A stretch of 64,000 bases of DNA from the NCBI GenBank assembly GCA_026770705.1, contig JANJGN010000011.1, forward strand, positions 20,956,001 through 21,020,000, given 5' to 3'. Under the pieces are notes generated by a model, which saw only the letters and a program-made list of their open reading frames with translations, made no database searches and was not told the DNA's origin. Positions 36,630-48,300 of the stretch are shown one piece after another. Both the position numbers and the translations under genes were made by a program. The stretch's first letter is position 1; each line of letters opens with the position of its first letter. Source of the stretch: Isurus oxyrinchus. Its lineage: Eukaryota.

Positions 36630-36805
36630 CAAGAACAAAGAACAAAGAAAAGTACAGCACAGGAACAGGCCCTTCGGCCCTCCAAGCCTGTGCCGATCAT
36701 ATTGCCCGTCAACTAAAACATTTTGCACTTGCGGGGTCCGTGTCCCTCTATTCCCATCCTATTCATGTATTTGTCAAGCTGCCTCTTAAACACCACTATC
36801 GTAAG
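36630..36805 (-). mobile_element. CR1 3' end
   Basis: (aagaacaa)n tail + cagcacaggaacaggcccttcggccc. Confidence 0.65.
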
Positions 36806-37536
36806 CTGCGATAATAGTGACAATGTCTGTCACTGCAAATGCAATGGTAAGTTTGATTTATTTTGTTGGATTTAAAAGCAATAAAAATACCATTAATGTT
36901 ATTTTCCACTTAAATAATAGAGTTTGCCATTCTTATAGTTAATTGGATTTGTCACAAAGTAGTTAAGACTTTTTCCTGTGTATTTATGGTGACAGAATTG
37001 TTTTAATAAGATTCAGCTGTTTTTTTTTTCCCCGGCAACATTTCCTAGTCAGATTTTAGTACTGATGAGGATGTTCCATGGACCATTTCAGTTTTAATTG
37101 CAACTTTCATTGAGGTAATAGCTACCCACAACTTTTTATGGAGCTGAGACTGTATTTCCATGGTTCTGTTAAGTTTAGCAGCTTCCTAAATGGCATACTT
37201 TTCAGATATAGCAGAAATAATAGAAACTGTATATCAAATAAAAAAGTGCGCAATTTACAAAGTTTAGGTTGCGATTTTGGATATGTTCAGTCCAATTAGA
37301 CAAATAAACTAAATTAATGACATATAAATTGAAAATGCTGGAAATACTATGCAAGCAAAGAAATGTTGCATTTATGTAGCACCTTTCACACCCTTGGGAC
37401 ATCCCAAAGCACTTTAGAGCCAATGAAATACTTTAAAGTGGAGCTACTGATGTGATGTACAATATGTGGCAGCCAATTTGCACACAAAAGCATCCACAAA
37501 CAATAAGGTGATAACAACCAGGTCATCTATTGTTGT

Positions 37537-37961
37537 AAAAAACAAAAAAACTGCGGATGCTGGAAATCCAAAACAAAAACAGAATTACCTGGAAAAACTG
37601 AGCAGGTCTGGCGGCATCGGCAGAGAAGAAAAGAGTTGACGTTTCGAGTCCTTATGACCCTTCGACAGAACTTGAGTGAATCCAAGAAAGGGGTGAAAAA
37701 TAAGCTGGTTTAAGGTGTGTTGGGGGGGAGCGGGGAAGTGGAGGGGGTTGGTGTGGTTGTAGGGACATCACTGCTTGTTTGTCCCTACAACCACACCAAC
37801 CCCCTCCACTTCNNNNNNNNNNNNNNNNNNNNNNNNNNNNNNNNNNNNNNNNNNNNNNNNNNNNNNNNNNNNNNNNNNNNNNNNNNNNNNNNNNNNNNNN
37901 NNNNNNNNNNNNNNNNNNNNNNNNNNNNNNNNNNNNNNNNNNNNNNNNNNNNNCCCCTTTC
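37537..37961. mobile_element. Young Penelope-like insertion with inverted end and 14-bp TSD; contains the assembly gap
   Basis: TSD tcatctattgttgt at 37523-37536 and 37962-37975. Perfect inverted arms at about 37735-37767 and 37780-37812. Confidence 0.8.
37813..37953. other. Assembly gap (141 N)
   Basis: Run of N. Confidence 1.
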
Positions 37962-38239
37962 TCATCTATTGTTGTGATGTTTATTCAGGGATAAACATTG
38001 GCCAGGACACTGGGGATAACTCCATGCCACTCTTTAAATTAGTGCTGTGGGATATTTTGAAACTATGGGAGAGAGCAGACAGGGCCACTTTTCAGCATCT
38101 CACCCAAAAGAAGATAGGTCCGACAGTTCTATACTGGAGTGTCAGCCTAGGTTTTGTGCTCAAGCCTCTGGAATGGGACTTGAACCCCATAGCCTTCTGC
38201 TTCAAAGGCAAGAGTGCACCACAGCTTATACAAGGCAAG

Positions 38240-38960
38240 GCAGCAGTATCTGTGGAGAGAGAAACAAAGTTGACATTTCAGGCCTGTGAGCTTTTGTCAG
38301 AACTGGAAAAAGTTATAGGTGTAACAGGTTTTAAATGAGTACTGGAGTAGAAGTGGAGAAGGGAGGAAAGAACCAAAGCGAAGATCTGAGATAGAGAGGG
38401 ACGCAAGAGTGATTTAATGCAGGGCAGAGACGACACCTGTCTGAATAAATGGGAGTTGTGGTTATGAGCTGAAATTGTTGAACTTGAGATTGCCTGGAAG
38501 GCTATAAAGTGGAATCAAAAGATGAGGTGCTGTTCATTTGAGTTTGATTGGAACAGTTTGAGGCCGAGGTCAGAGTGAGATGGACAATCAAAAATGGCAA
38601 ATGACGGGAAGCTCACAGTCGTGCTTATGAACTGAATGGAGGTGTTCTGCAAAGAGATCACCCAATCTGTTTCTTCTCCCCAATGTGATCAGTGTACTAA
38701 ATTGAAAGAATTACCAATAAATCACCGATGTTTCAGCTGCAAGGAATGTTAGAGGTCTTGAATGATGGGAAGGGATAAGGTTAAAAAAAAAGGCTGATAT
38801 TGCACTTCCTGCCCTTGCATGGGAAGGAGAGGGGATGTTGCAGGTGATGCAGGAGTGGACCAGGATGCTGCGAAGGGAACGTTCCTGTGGGAATGCTGGG
38901 ATGAACGGGCAGTGTTCTGTGGTGGCCTCACATTGGAGGTGGTGAAGGGTGAAATTAACA
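38240..38960 (-). mobile_element. Older Penelope-like fragment
   Basis: Similar to 34370-35180 (aagatgaggtgctgttc; AFPQERSLRSILVHS). Confidence 0.7.
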
Positions 38961-40280
38961 GGAGACACATTTTTAAAACAATTGTGTAATATTCAACTGT
39001 GGTCTTGTTTGGGGTTGTTAGCTGCAGAATTGGAGAGATGTTTATGAAATTGCATCTACAGGAACTAAGAGGATCTCAGTGATTTTGCCTCTGTAAATGC
39101 TCTGCAAGAACCCAAACACTCTGTATCTCAAAGGCATTCCCAAAAAATGTAAATATCAAGAAAGAGCAGAAACCTTGGCTTTTCCTCCTCCCTTAGCCAA
39201 TTGCGGTGCTCCAGTGACTCCCCATAGGTCAGGTTACTTATTTGAATCTCGGACCTTTGGCATATGCGCCTCAGTAGCATGTCTTTTGAGTGTAGCTTCA
39301 ACCCATGTTTTGTTTTTAATGCCTGTAGCTTAGGTATCCTTGTTGTTTGAATTCAAGCACACGGGTTTAATTCCAACCGATGGAGGTAATATGAAGCTTG
39401 TGACTTATGAATATTTTTGTTGGTATTTGCTGCAGGATTATGGTGCTAGTTTCTTAGCTTCAGCAGATGATATCTGTTTTGCAACATAGTAACTTGTTGC
39501 CAACCAACAAACTGAGGAGTGGGAAGTGACCTAAATTGAGTTCGGTCCAGTAACCTGCAAGAGACTTGGGCAACTGTCGGCTCTTTCATCATTAGAGTTT
39601 TGAAGACGATGTTGTCAGATGCTTTAATTTCTTTCAAACTTTTAAACTTGTATCTCTGGTACTAGAGCTGAGAGTTGAGGTGGTTTCACTGGTGACATTA
39701 AACTGTAAAATTGGCTTTGTTGTGTGATGTGTCTTGATACAGCAGTATCATTGATGAAATACACTAATGTGAACAGTGCAGTACAACTGTGAAGTTACAG
39801 GTTACTTGGATGACTGGTATGAGAAATAGAATGAAATGGTTTTTTGTCTATTTAGTAGGCGGTTATTTTTGATTTGTTGCCAAGAAGTAGAAGATTAGAG
39901 AAAACATTGCTGCTTATATAACCCGCTCTTTTATGGAAGAGTGCTTTCGCTGCCCTATATCTGCTCATATCTCCAGATGTTACAGTGAAAGTCCTTTGTG
40001 ATCCAGATTGGGCTTCTATCTTAAACACATTCATTGGAATCTCAGCTTCTCCCCATATCAATGACATGAGTTAAGGAGTAGAGACTTGTATCTCCAATTT
40101 TGGAGCTGACACTGTGGGGAGAAAGCAGGAAGTTACAAATGGACATAGATAGACTGAGTGGGAAAAAATCCACTTTAGATTTTGGACAAATTGGAACTCG
40201 TTTAGTAGTGAGATGCAAGGCGTAAGGAGAAGTAAAGAGATTTTGGTGTCTGTGTATATTATTTAAGGGAGAAAAGTGAG

Positions 40281-40992
40281 GAGCTGGATTTTGCAGTCAA
40301 TGGTGAATTAATGGCCTCTGCTTTTCTTATGCTTACACTTCCAAGGTCTTTTTATGGGATTTTGCACTGGAACTTGTGATCAGAAAGTCATTCCGGCATC
40401 GTGCCCTCCACATAGGATCTAGGACCTGTGTAAACAAGATAAGCAATTATGTATATCTGCATAAGCAATCAGATTGAAGAATTTTGAATGATATATGCAG
40501 AGTCTGAACCAGGACGTGTAGGGTAGAATAGTTAATGCCAAAACATGTACAGAAAAAGGCTTAAAGAAGTGAGGAAAAATGGTATTCGGAAAGGGACTAA
40601 ATAAAAAGAAAGAAAATGTTATTTGCGTTTTAAATATTTTTAAATGTCTTTATATAAGATGTGAAATGAGACTCCACACTTGCAAAAGCTAATTTTCAAT
40701 GAAAGAGAGATTGTTTAACAGTAATTTAAACAGCTGATTTAAAAAAATGTATTCATACGGGACTAGATAACTCTTGACATTTACTATTTATCTATCACAT
40801 GACAGTGGCAACATCATTTTGTTCTGTGTTTAAATGCCAAATCACTGGATGCGATACTGTTATAGTAAAGCTTCTGGAAGAGCAGGGCAATTTGGATAGC
40901 AGCTTTGTTTAACTGCATGTGTGTGGATGCTGGAAGTTGTAGTCCAACAACTGTGACTGCCAATGGCGTACTTTTTGCTGCAAAATCTGAGA
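40281..40992. mobile_element. Old MITE with short TIRs
   Basis: Left ctggattttgcag and right ctgcaaaatctgag are reverse-complementary. Confidence 0.4.
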
Positions 40993-43557
40993 CAAGGTTA
41001 TGGCTTGCAGGTACATTGACAAGGAAACTAAGTTAGCAGTGGAGTGTTGACATAATTAAGCTGGATTTTCAAAAAATGATTTTGAACTGTTAGATTTGAA
41101 ACATCTGAGTTTCTAACAGTGGTAATGAGTAGTATAAATATCAGATTAGTGAACTGTGTTATCTTGGTAGTAGGTAAAAGATGATTAATGGATGTGATGT
41201 TCTTCAGAGGACCATTATAACAGGTCTGCCTGTCTGTTGCTTTCACTGTGCCTATTGCATGCATCGCACTTGAAGTGCAAAATATGTATACATTCACCTG
41301 CTTCTGATTGACTCAAATGTCACGTTTGTGAAACAACAAATTACAACTGAGGCAGTAAGTAGTGTATGGATGACCGAGTCATAAACTAGAATGAAAACAA
41401 CCAATCAAGGATTTCAAACGCTGTGTGTCAAAGATTGCAGTTAGCAAATAGCTACCAATTGCAAATTATAGAAAGGAAACTGAGGAGAACACTTCAAACA
41501 TCTTTTCAAAATTTTCCACTTTGTTTCTCAGTTTAACAAGAAAGCATAGGCTTAAAAGTAGAGTTTTTTGATTATAAAGAGAGAAAATAATTCATTCATA
41601 GGAAAACAATTCAATTTGATTATTTGCCTTTGTGTTTAAAATGCTTGTAACATTCTCTGTCAGAAGTGAGTTACTCTTTGAGAAGCCTGGAGCTGCAAGT
41701 CATAGTGTTTCCCAGAGCTTTCATTAACTTCACTGAATGGTAGGGCTCAATTAAAAAGCAGACCAATTCCTGGAATACGTTATAAGGAAATGGTCAGTGC
41801 TGTACAAACCCTAGAATCTAGATAATTAAAACCTCTCTTTAGATCCTAAAGAATGCCACCATATTTTGGAGTTTATGGGCACTTAATGCACTGCAAATGT
41901 GTACCAGGACTTGCTGCTTGTAAAGCTCTCTTTCCCACTCTTGCCCTATGATGGATAAGGTCTAATAGCACTGGAGAACCAGGAAAGCTATTATAAGAAT
42001 GTTCAGCAGATAACTGGATTGTTTTCTTCAAAACAGTAAAACACCGTGAATCATGAACTTTCTAGGTGCCTTTAAGAGGAAATAGCTATAAAAAAAAGAG
42101 AATTGTCTTGATGGAAGGGGGAAAAGGTGTCTCCTCTTGAGTTGCAGCATGAAAGGCTTCTGTCATTGGATCACCAGAGTTGGAGTCCCAAGATCAATTC
42201 AAACTATTTTGAAAGTGGGGTGCCTAAAACTGTAGGCAATATTCCAAAGCACAGTGTATAGAAAATAGCTCAGCAGAGAGCAGCAATGATTACGCCCAAT
42301 TAAAATGTTGCAGGAAAAATGAATGGAAGAGAACATGTTCAAATATATAAAAACAAGATAACTTTAGAGCGATTCCATAATTAGAGAGTCCTTGAGCTCC
42401 AAATAAAACTACGGATTAGAAAGAAATTGTTTCTTTCCAACACTAACTATATGTCTGGTATTAGCTCTTGAGGATGTTTCATGTTGTTTGAAAGTTCCTG
42501 TTTATTTAAAGAAAAGAGCTTTATATATCGAAGAATGAGACTGAAGGTTATAGATGATGAAATTACCTGAACAGCACAAGGAGTAAATTGTCTGTTCGAA
42601 GGAGCAGGCAGTTGGTTTTATTTATTCAGTACTTTGATTCACATGTTTTCAGCATAAAATGGTGCTTAGTTGCTTCTGCCTTATCCCGTTATTCAGTTTC
42701 ATTCCAGTTCTTTTATTTACATTTTGGCAGACGACATTTGTGTTCGTATTAGTTTAAATACAGGTTCTTTCACCTTTTTGGTAAGTTGGGGCAATCTGTA
42801 TGTGACTGCTTTCAGCAGGTTGGCAGAGTGAGCCCATCACCCACTCAGTGAGGTTCCCCACTGGCCCAAAATTCCTGGTCTGTGCTGAGTTGAGCTCATG
42901 TCAGTTGTGGCAACAAAAATGAAGACCTATAATGGATCTATATTTAAATTCAATAAAAATCTGCCACTCTAAAAATTCCTTCAAACTATACAATCAATTG
43001 TTGGTCAAGTTGCCTGCCACTGGTCATTCAGTGTTGTGGTAGCACTGCTGAGCTTGGGTGTTTAATGTGTGCCAAGTGATTGCAGTATCAGCACAATACA
43101 TGGCATCCATTGCCAGATGTTCCATAGTTTCTGACCATTCATTCAAAGGATAAGTCTGTCAGGAAAAAAATTTAACTTTTGGGATTTAAGTGAGCATAAT
43201 TTCATGTGGGGTTATTATAGTTTGTATTTTTGGTGGGAAGAGGGAATGACCTAATTGTTGTAGTAAGATTACATCAGTTTAGAGGGGCAGATGCAACAGT
43301 ACTCTTTCCTGTTCCCCACAGCCATAACACTTTCCACGCAGAATCTTTCAAATTTAAAAAAAATGCACATATTACTAATACAATGGGCCCTGGAAATTAG
43401 TTTCATTTTAGAAGAAAAGGGATGAAGCAGGAAAATTCATTTTTGGGTCATTTTTAACTGCAGACTCTTCTGCCTTCAGTTCTGAAATTGAGAGATTTCA
43501 AACTATTAAAATGTGAAGTTATCACCGAGTCATCATTCTATTTTGCTTTCATTTTAG

Positions 43558-43675
43558 CTTGCCTTCACTCGAGATGGACTCTGTGGACTTTGGAATGAAA
43601 TGGTCAAAGATGGTGAAATCGTTTATGCTGGTCCTGAAGCAATGCAAAATCTTAATGACTCATTAACATCGAAAG
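43558..43675 (+). CDS. HERC2: HERC2 second coding exon
   Basis: ttttgctttcattttag|CTTGCC...TCGAAAG|gtaaga, 118 nt, phase 0-1. LAFTRDGLCGLWNEMVKDGEIVYAGPEAMQNLNDSLTSK; recalled human LAFTRDGLCGLWNEMVKDGEIVYTG. Confidence 0.97.
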
Positions 43676-43764
43676 GTAAGAATTTAAATGCAGTGTAAAA
43701 CTAATATTCCTCAAATGACTATTGTGTCATGTTTCTTGCTGTTCAGTTTTTTCCCCCTCCATGG

Positions 43765-45695
43765 ATAGGATTTTGGAACGGTGTGTAAGAGTAGAGGGAC
43801 CGAGGGGAAAAGTGCACAAATCATTGAACGGGGCAGAGCATGTTCAGAAAGTGTGCAGGACCCTGAACTCCATATATAGGGACATTGATTATAAAAGCAA
43901 GGAAGTTATGGTGAATCTTTTATAAACACCGGTTCAGCCTCAACTGGAGTATTTGTCCAATTCTGGGTACCATACTTTTGGAAGGATATGAGGCATTAGA
44001 GTTGATACAGAAAAGAGTTATGAGAATGATTACAGGGATGAGAGACTTCAGTTACATAGATTGGAGAAGCTGGGCTTGTTCCCTTTGGAAAGGAGAAGGT
44101 TGAGAAGAGATTTGATAAAGTGTTCAATTTTTTAAAATCTATTCGTTCACAGGATGTGTGTTTCACTGGCTAGACCAGCATTTATTGCCCATCACTAATT
44201 GCCCTTGAGAAGGTGGTGGTAAGCCGCTGCCTTGAACTGCTGCAGTCCATGTGGTGCAGGTACACCCACAGAGCTGTTAGGAAGGGAGTCCCAGGATTTT
44301 GACCCAGCAACAGTGAAGGAATGGCAATATAGCTCCATGTCAGAATGGTGTGTGGCTTGGGCGGAATTTGCAGGCGGTGGTGTTCCAAAGCATCTGCTGT
44401 CCTTGTCCTTCTAGGTGGTAGAAGTTGCAGTCTTGGAAGGTGCTGTCGAAGAAGCCTTGGTGAGTTGCTGCAGTGCATCTTGTAGATAGTACACATTGCT
44501 GCCATTGTGCATCGGTGGTGGAGGGAGTGAATGTTTAAGGCGGTGGCTGAGGCGTCAATCAAGCAGGCTGCTTTGACCTGGATGGTTGAGCTTCTTAAGT
44601 GTTATTGGAGCTGCACTCATCCAGGCAAGTGGAGGGCATCCCATCACACTCCTGACTTGTGCCTTGTAGATGGTGGATAGGCATTGGGGAGTCAGGAGGT
44701 GAGTTACTCGCTGCAGAATTCCCAGCCTCTGACCTGCCAATGTCACCACAGAATTTATATGGTTTGTCCAGTTCAGTTTCTGCTCAATGGTAACTCCCAG
44801 GATATTGATGGTGGGGGATTCAGCGATGATAATGCCATTGAATGTCAAAGGAGATGGTTAGATTCTCTCTTGTTGGACATGGTCATTGCCTGACACTTGT
44901 CGGATGTAAATGTTACTTGCTACTTATCAGCCCAAACCTGAATGTTGTCCAGGTCTTGCTGCATTTGGACATGGACTGCTTCAGTATCTGAGGAGTCACG
45001 AATAGTTCTGAACATTGCACAGTCATCAGCAAACTTCCTCACTTTTGACCTTATGATGGAGGATAGGTCATTGATGAAACAGCTGAAGATGGTTGGGCCT
45101 GGGACACTACCCTAAGGAATTCTTGCCATATCTTGGAACTGATATGATTGACCTCCAACCATCGTCTTTCCCACCCCAGTTCCCATTGACTTCAGTTTTG
45201 CTTGGCTCCTTGATGCCATACTTAGTCAAGTGCTGCCTTGAGGTCGAGGGCAGTCACTCTCATCTCACCTCGGGAATTCAGCTCTTTTGTCCAAGTTTTG
45301 ACCAAGGCTGTAATGAGGTCAGAAACTGAGTGACACTAGTGAAAATGAGTCTGGATAGAGTAGATGGGGAGAAACTTTCCATTGGTGGATGGGTCAAGAA
45401 TCAGAGGATTCCAATTCAGGTGAATGGCTAAAGAACTGAAGGACAAATGAGGAAACATTTTTTTTAATGCAGTGAGTGATGAAGATCTGGAATGCTCTGT
45501 CTGAGAGTATGGTGAAAGCAGATTCAATCGTGACTTTCAAAAGGAAATTGGTAATTATCTGAATAGAAAACATATTATAGGGCTACAAGGAAAAGGCTGG
45601 GAAGTGGGATTAGCTGAGTCACTTGTGGAGAGAGCCGGTATGGACACGGTGAACCAAATGGCTCCCTCTTGCGCTGTAACCATTCTATGATTCTA
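43765..45695 (+). mobile_element. CR1 3' portion split by an antisense LINE
   Basis: CR1 runs to about 44128 (ctgggcttgttccctttggaaaggagaagg) and resumes at about 45340, ending in an (attct)-type tail. Confidence 0.75.
44130..45335 (-). mobile_element. CR1/L2-group LINE, 5'-truncated, intact 3' end
   Basis: TFNGIIIAESPTINILGVTIEQKLNWTNHIN..QRLGILQRVTHLL..YKAQVRSVM; IHSLHHRCT. 3' tail gggcaataaatgctgg..cacatcc-A-rich. Confidence 0.9.
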
Positions 45696-46979
45696 ACTCG
45701 GTCTTTCAAAAACCAGTTCCTTTCATGTGGGAACAGCATGAGGTAGCTGCAAAGTATATATACCTAAAAGAGCTGGTAGGTGGTCAGGCCTAATGCCAAA
45801 ACCCTGCACAGGAATTTGTCAGAGGCACTGTGCTTCTCTTTCCTTGGGACAGAAAAGATTGTGCCACAGAGCACTTGGTGCTGGGACCTACAGAGACAGG
45901 AATGCCCAAAAAGCAATTCAGCCTAAAAAAAAGGGTTGGAATGTGTGGTTAATTATTTTTTTTTGAGGGGGTGAAATGTGTTGTGATTGTTATGCCTTAT
46001 GTTCACTTGTTATTGGCAGAATAAAACAGCTTAATTATTTGTATCTCGGCTCATTCTCAAAGTGTTTCTTGGCTTGCCTTGAAAAGATTGGAGAAGCAAA
46101 TGTAAATGCGATTGCAAAAGACACAAAGTCCAGTTCTGATTGCTCTAGATTATACTGTTGTATAATTAGATATTGAGCAGTGCTGACACACATCAGATGC
46201 TCAGACTATTTACCGATGTGACCAGCACCACTGCAACTGAGAGACCCAACAGATCTAAACTTGTAATAGTAAGCCATTGGCCATTTAATTGCAAGGCAGC
46301 TGTATAATATACAAATCCAGTTCAATCTTTGCTTTTCCACATCATGCACCTTTTTTGGGAAGTGGGAGTTGGTTGGTGATTTGTTAATGATAATGAATCT
46401 GCTTTTGTATTAAACAAATGACTCTGCACTGGCATGCAAGTCTCAAGCAGCCAGTGGTAACATCAGTCTGAACTTAGCTGGTTTGTTAAGATCAGGTGCT
46501 GGGCAGACCTGCTTAACTTGCTGTATTTTAAACTTGGTCTTTCTAACGAATGCTGGTCTATGGGGTTAAAAGTACAGATTCAAAGGGTGCAGTCCATTTT
46601 TGTGACCTTGTGCCAATCCTTAACAGTATGATGCTAGCACAAAGAGGCATGTAGGTGGCTCTTTTATATGCTTAAAAGACTGTTGTTGGCAAATGCGCTG
46701 GCATGGAATATTAGTGTCATGTTTTTACTTTGTACATATACACTGGTATTGAAGAGTAAGTTCCACTTTGTGGATGTAAAGCATAATGCGACTCTCCCAT
46801 TGTGAACTAGCTTTAGAATATGGCAGTGGGAGTTGTCAGGTTATCTGAGGTGACTGAGACTTCTGCCCGTGGCCCTGTGGAAAAACACTTGATAGCAACA
46901 TGGCCTCCCACAACGACATTGTTGAAACTGCGAATTCATCTTGTCGGTAATCCTATATACCTGGGAGCTCCAGTATAAA

Positions 46980-47645
46980 TCATAGAATTGTTATGGTGCA
47001 GAAGGAGGCCATTCAGCCAATCACGTCTGCACTGGCTCTCCAAATGATCATTATGACTTAGTGCCATTCTCCTGCCTTTTCCCTATACCCATGCACATTG
47101 TTTCTATTCAAATAATCACCCCATGCCCTCTTGACTGCCTCAGTTGAACCTGTCTCCACCACACGTCCAGGCAGTGCATTCTAGACTTGAACCACTCGCT
47201 GTGTGGAAAAAGAATTTTCTCATTTGCTTCTTTTGCAAATCATTTAAATTTGTGCCCTCTCGTTCTCGACCCTTTTATGAGCAAGAGCAGTTTCTCCCTA
47301 TCTACTTTATCCAGTGCCCTCATGATTTTGAACACCTCTATCAAATCTCCTCTTAACCTTCTCCCCTTCAAGGAGAACAGTCCCAACCTCTCCAATCTAT
47401 CTTCATAACTGAAGTTTGTCATCCCTGGAACTATTCTTGTAAACCTTTTCTGCACTCTCTACTGTCTTTCTATTCCATGAGCTATAATTTTTCCCATAAA
47501 TCTGTTGTGTGACACTGTATCGAATGCCTTTTGAAAGTTCACGTACATCAGACCAACAGCATTTCCCATCACCTACCCTCTGTTACCTCTTCAAAAAACT
47601 CCAGCAAGTTAGTCAAACACAATCCTTAGAAATCCATGCTGGTTC
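46980..47645 (-). mobile_element. CR1 3' fragment
   Basis: QKRFTRIVPGMTNFSYEDRLERLGLFSL. Confidence 0.85.
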
Positions 47646-47677
47646 TGTCCCAATTTCAAAACAGATCCCAAATAATA

Positions 47678-47921
47678 GAGATAAAAAACAAAAAACTGCG
47701 GATGCTGGAAATCCAAAACGAAAACAGAATTACCTGGAAAAACTCAGCAGGTCTGGCAGCATCGGCGGAGAAGAAAAGAGTTGACGTTTCGAATCCTCAT
47801 GACCCTTCAACAAAACTGGAGCAGTTCAGTTGAAGGGTCAAGAGGACTCGAAACGTCAACTCTTTTCTTCTCTGCCGATGCTACCAGACCTGCTGAGTTT
47901 TTCCAGGTAATTCTGTTTTTG
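47678..47921. mobile_element. Palindromic Penelope-end insertion with 12-bp TSD
   Basis: TSD tcccaaataata at 47666-47677 and 47922-47933. Inverted arms of ~100 bp meet at a ~3-nt loop near 47820. Confidence 0.85.
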
Positions 47922-48164
47922 TCCCAAATAATACACATCTATCCTAGTTGTATTACACTCATTTCCTGACTTTTAAAGTAATCTCCCAACCCATTTCCCA
48001 CCTTGGCACCATCATACATGGCAAATACAGTTCAGATTTTTAAAAAGAGAAACAGGTGCTCCACTCCATTGCCCTTTTGTTCCTTTCATGCTACCTTCCC
48101 AATCCCCACCACCCTAAGACTGCCCCAAATTTCCATTTGTTCTAAAGCTGTGTATTCCTGACCT

Positions 48165-48300
48165 CAGTTCTGATGAAAGGTCATTGACCTGAAACATTTA
48201 CACCATTTTTCTCTCTAGAGTCGCTGTTTGATCTGCTGAGTGTTTCCCTGCATTATCTGGTTTTATTTGATTTCCAGCATCTGCAGTATTTTGCTTTTGT
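48165..48300 (+). mobile_element. Penelope terminal repeat with minimal hammerhead-ribozyme motif
   Basis: ctgatga-a-aggtc-att-gacct-gaaac at 48170-48195. The downstream GUH site appears decayed (attta). Confidence 0.65.

Larger units (their letters stand above)
37355..38230 (-). mobile_element. Deu-domain tRNA SINE (SacSINE1-like) split by a Penelope insertion
   Basis: Reverse complement: gggttcaagtcccattccagaggcttgagcacaaaacctaggctgacactccag (B-box + Deu-like domain), with an L2-like tail gtgctacataaatgcaa. Confidence 0.7.

Noticed and set aside
37717-38338. ORFs spanning the N run
   Set aside because: Artefacts of the assembly gap.
41380-42640. Purine-rich unique stretch as a nested gene or processed pseudogene
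   Set aside because: No sustained ORF or recognisable motif in the frames I tried.
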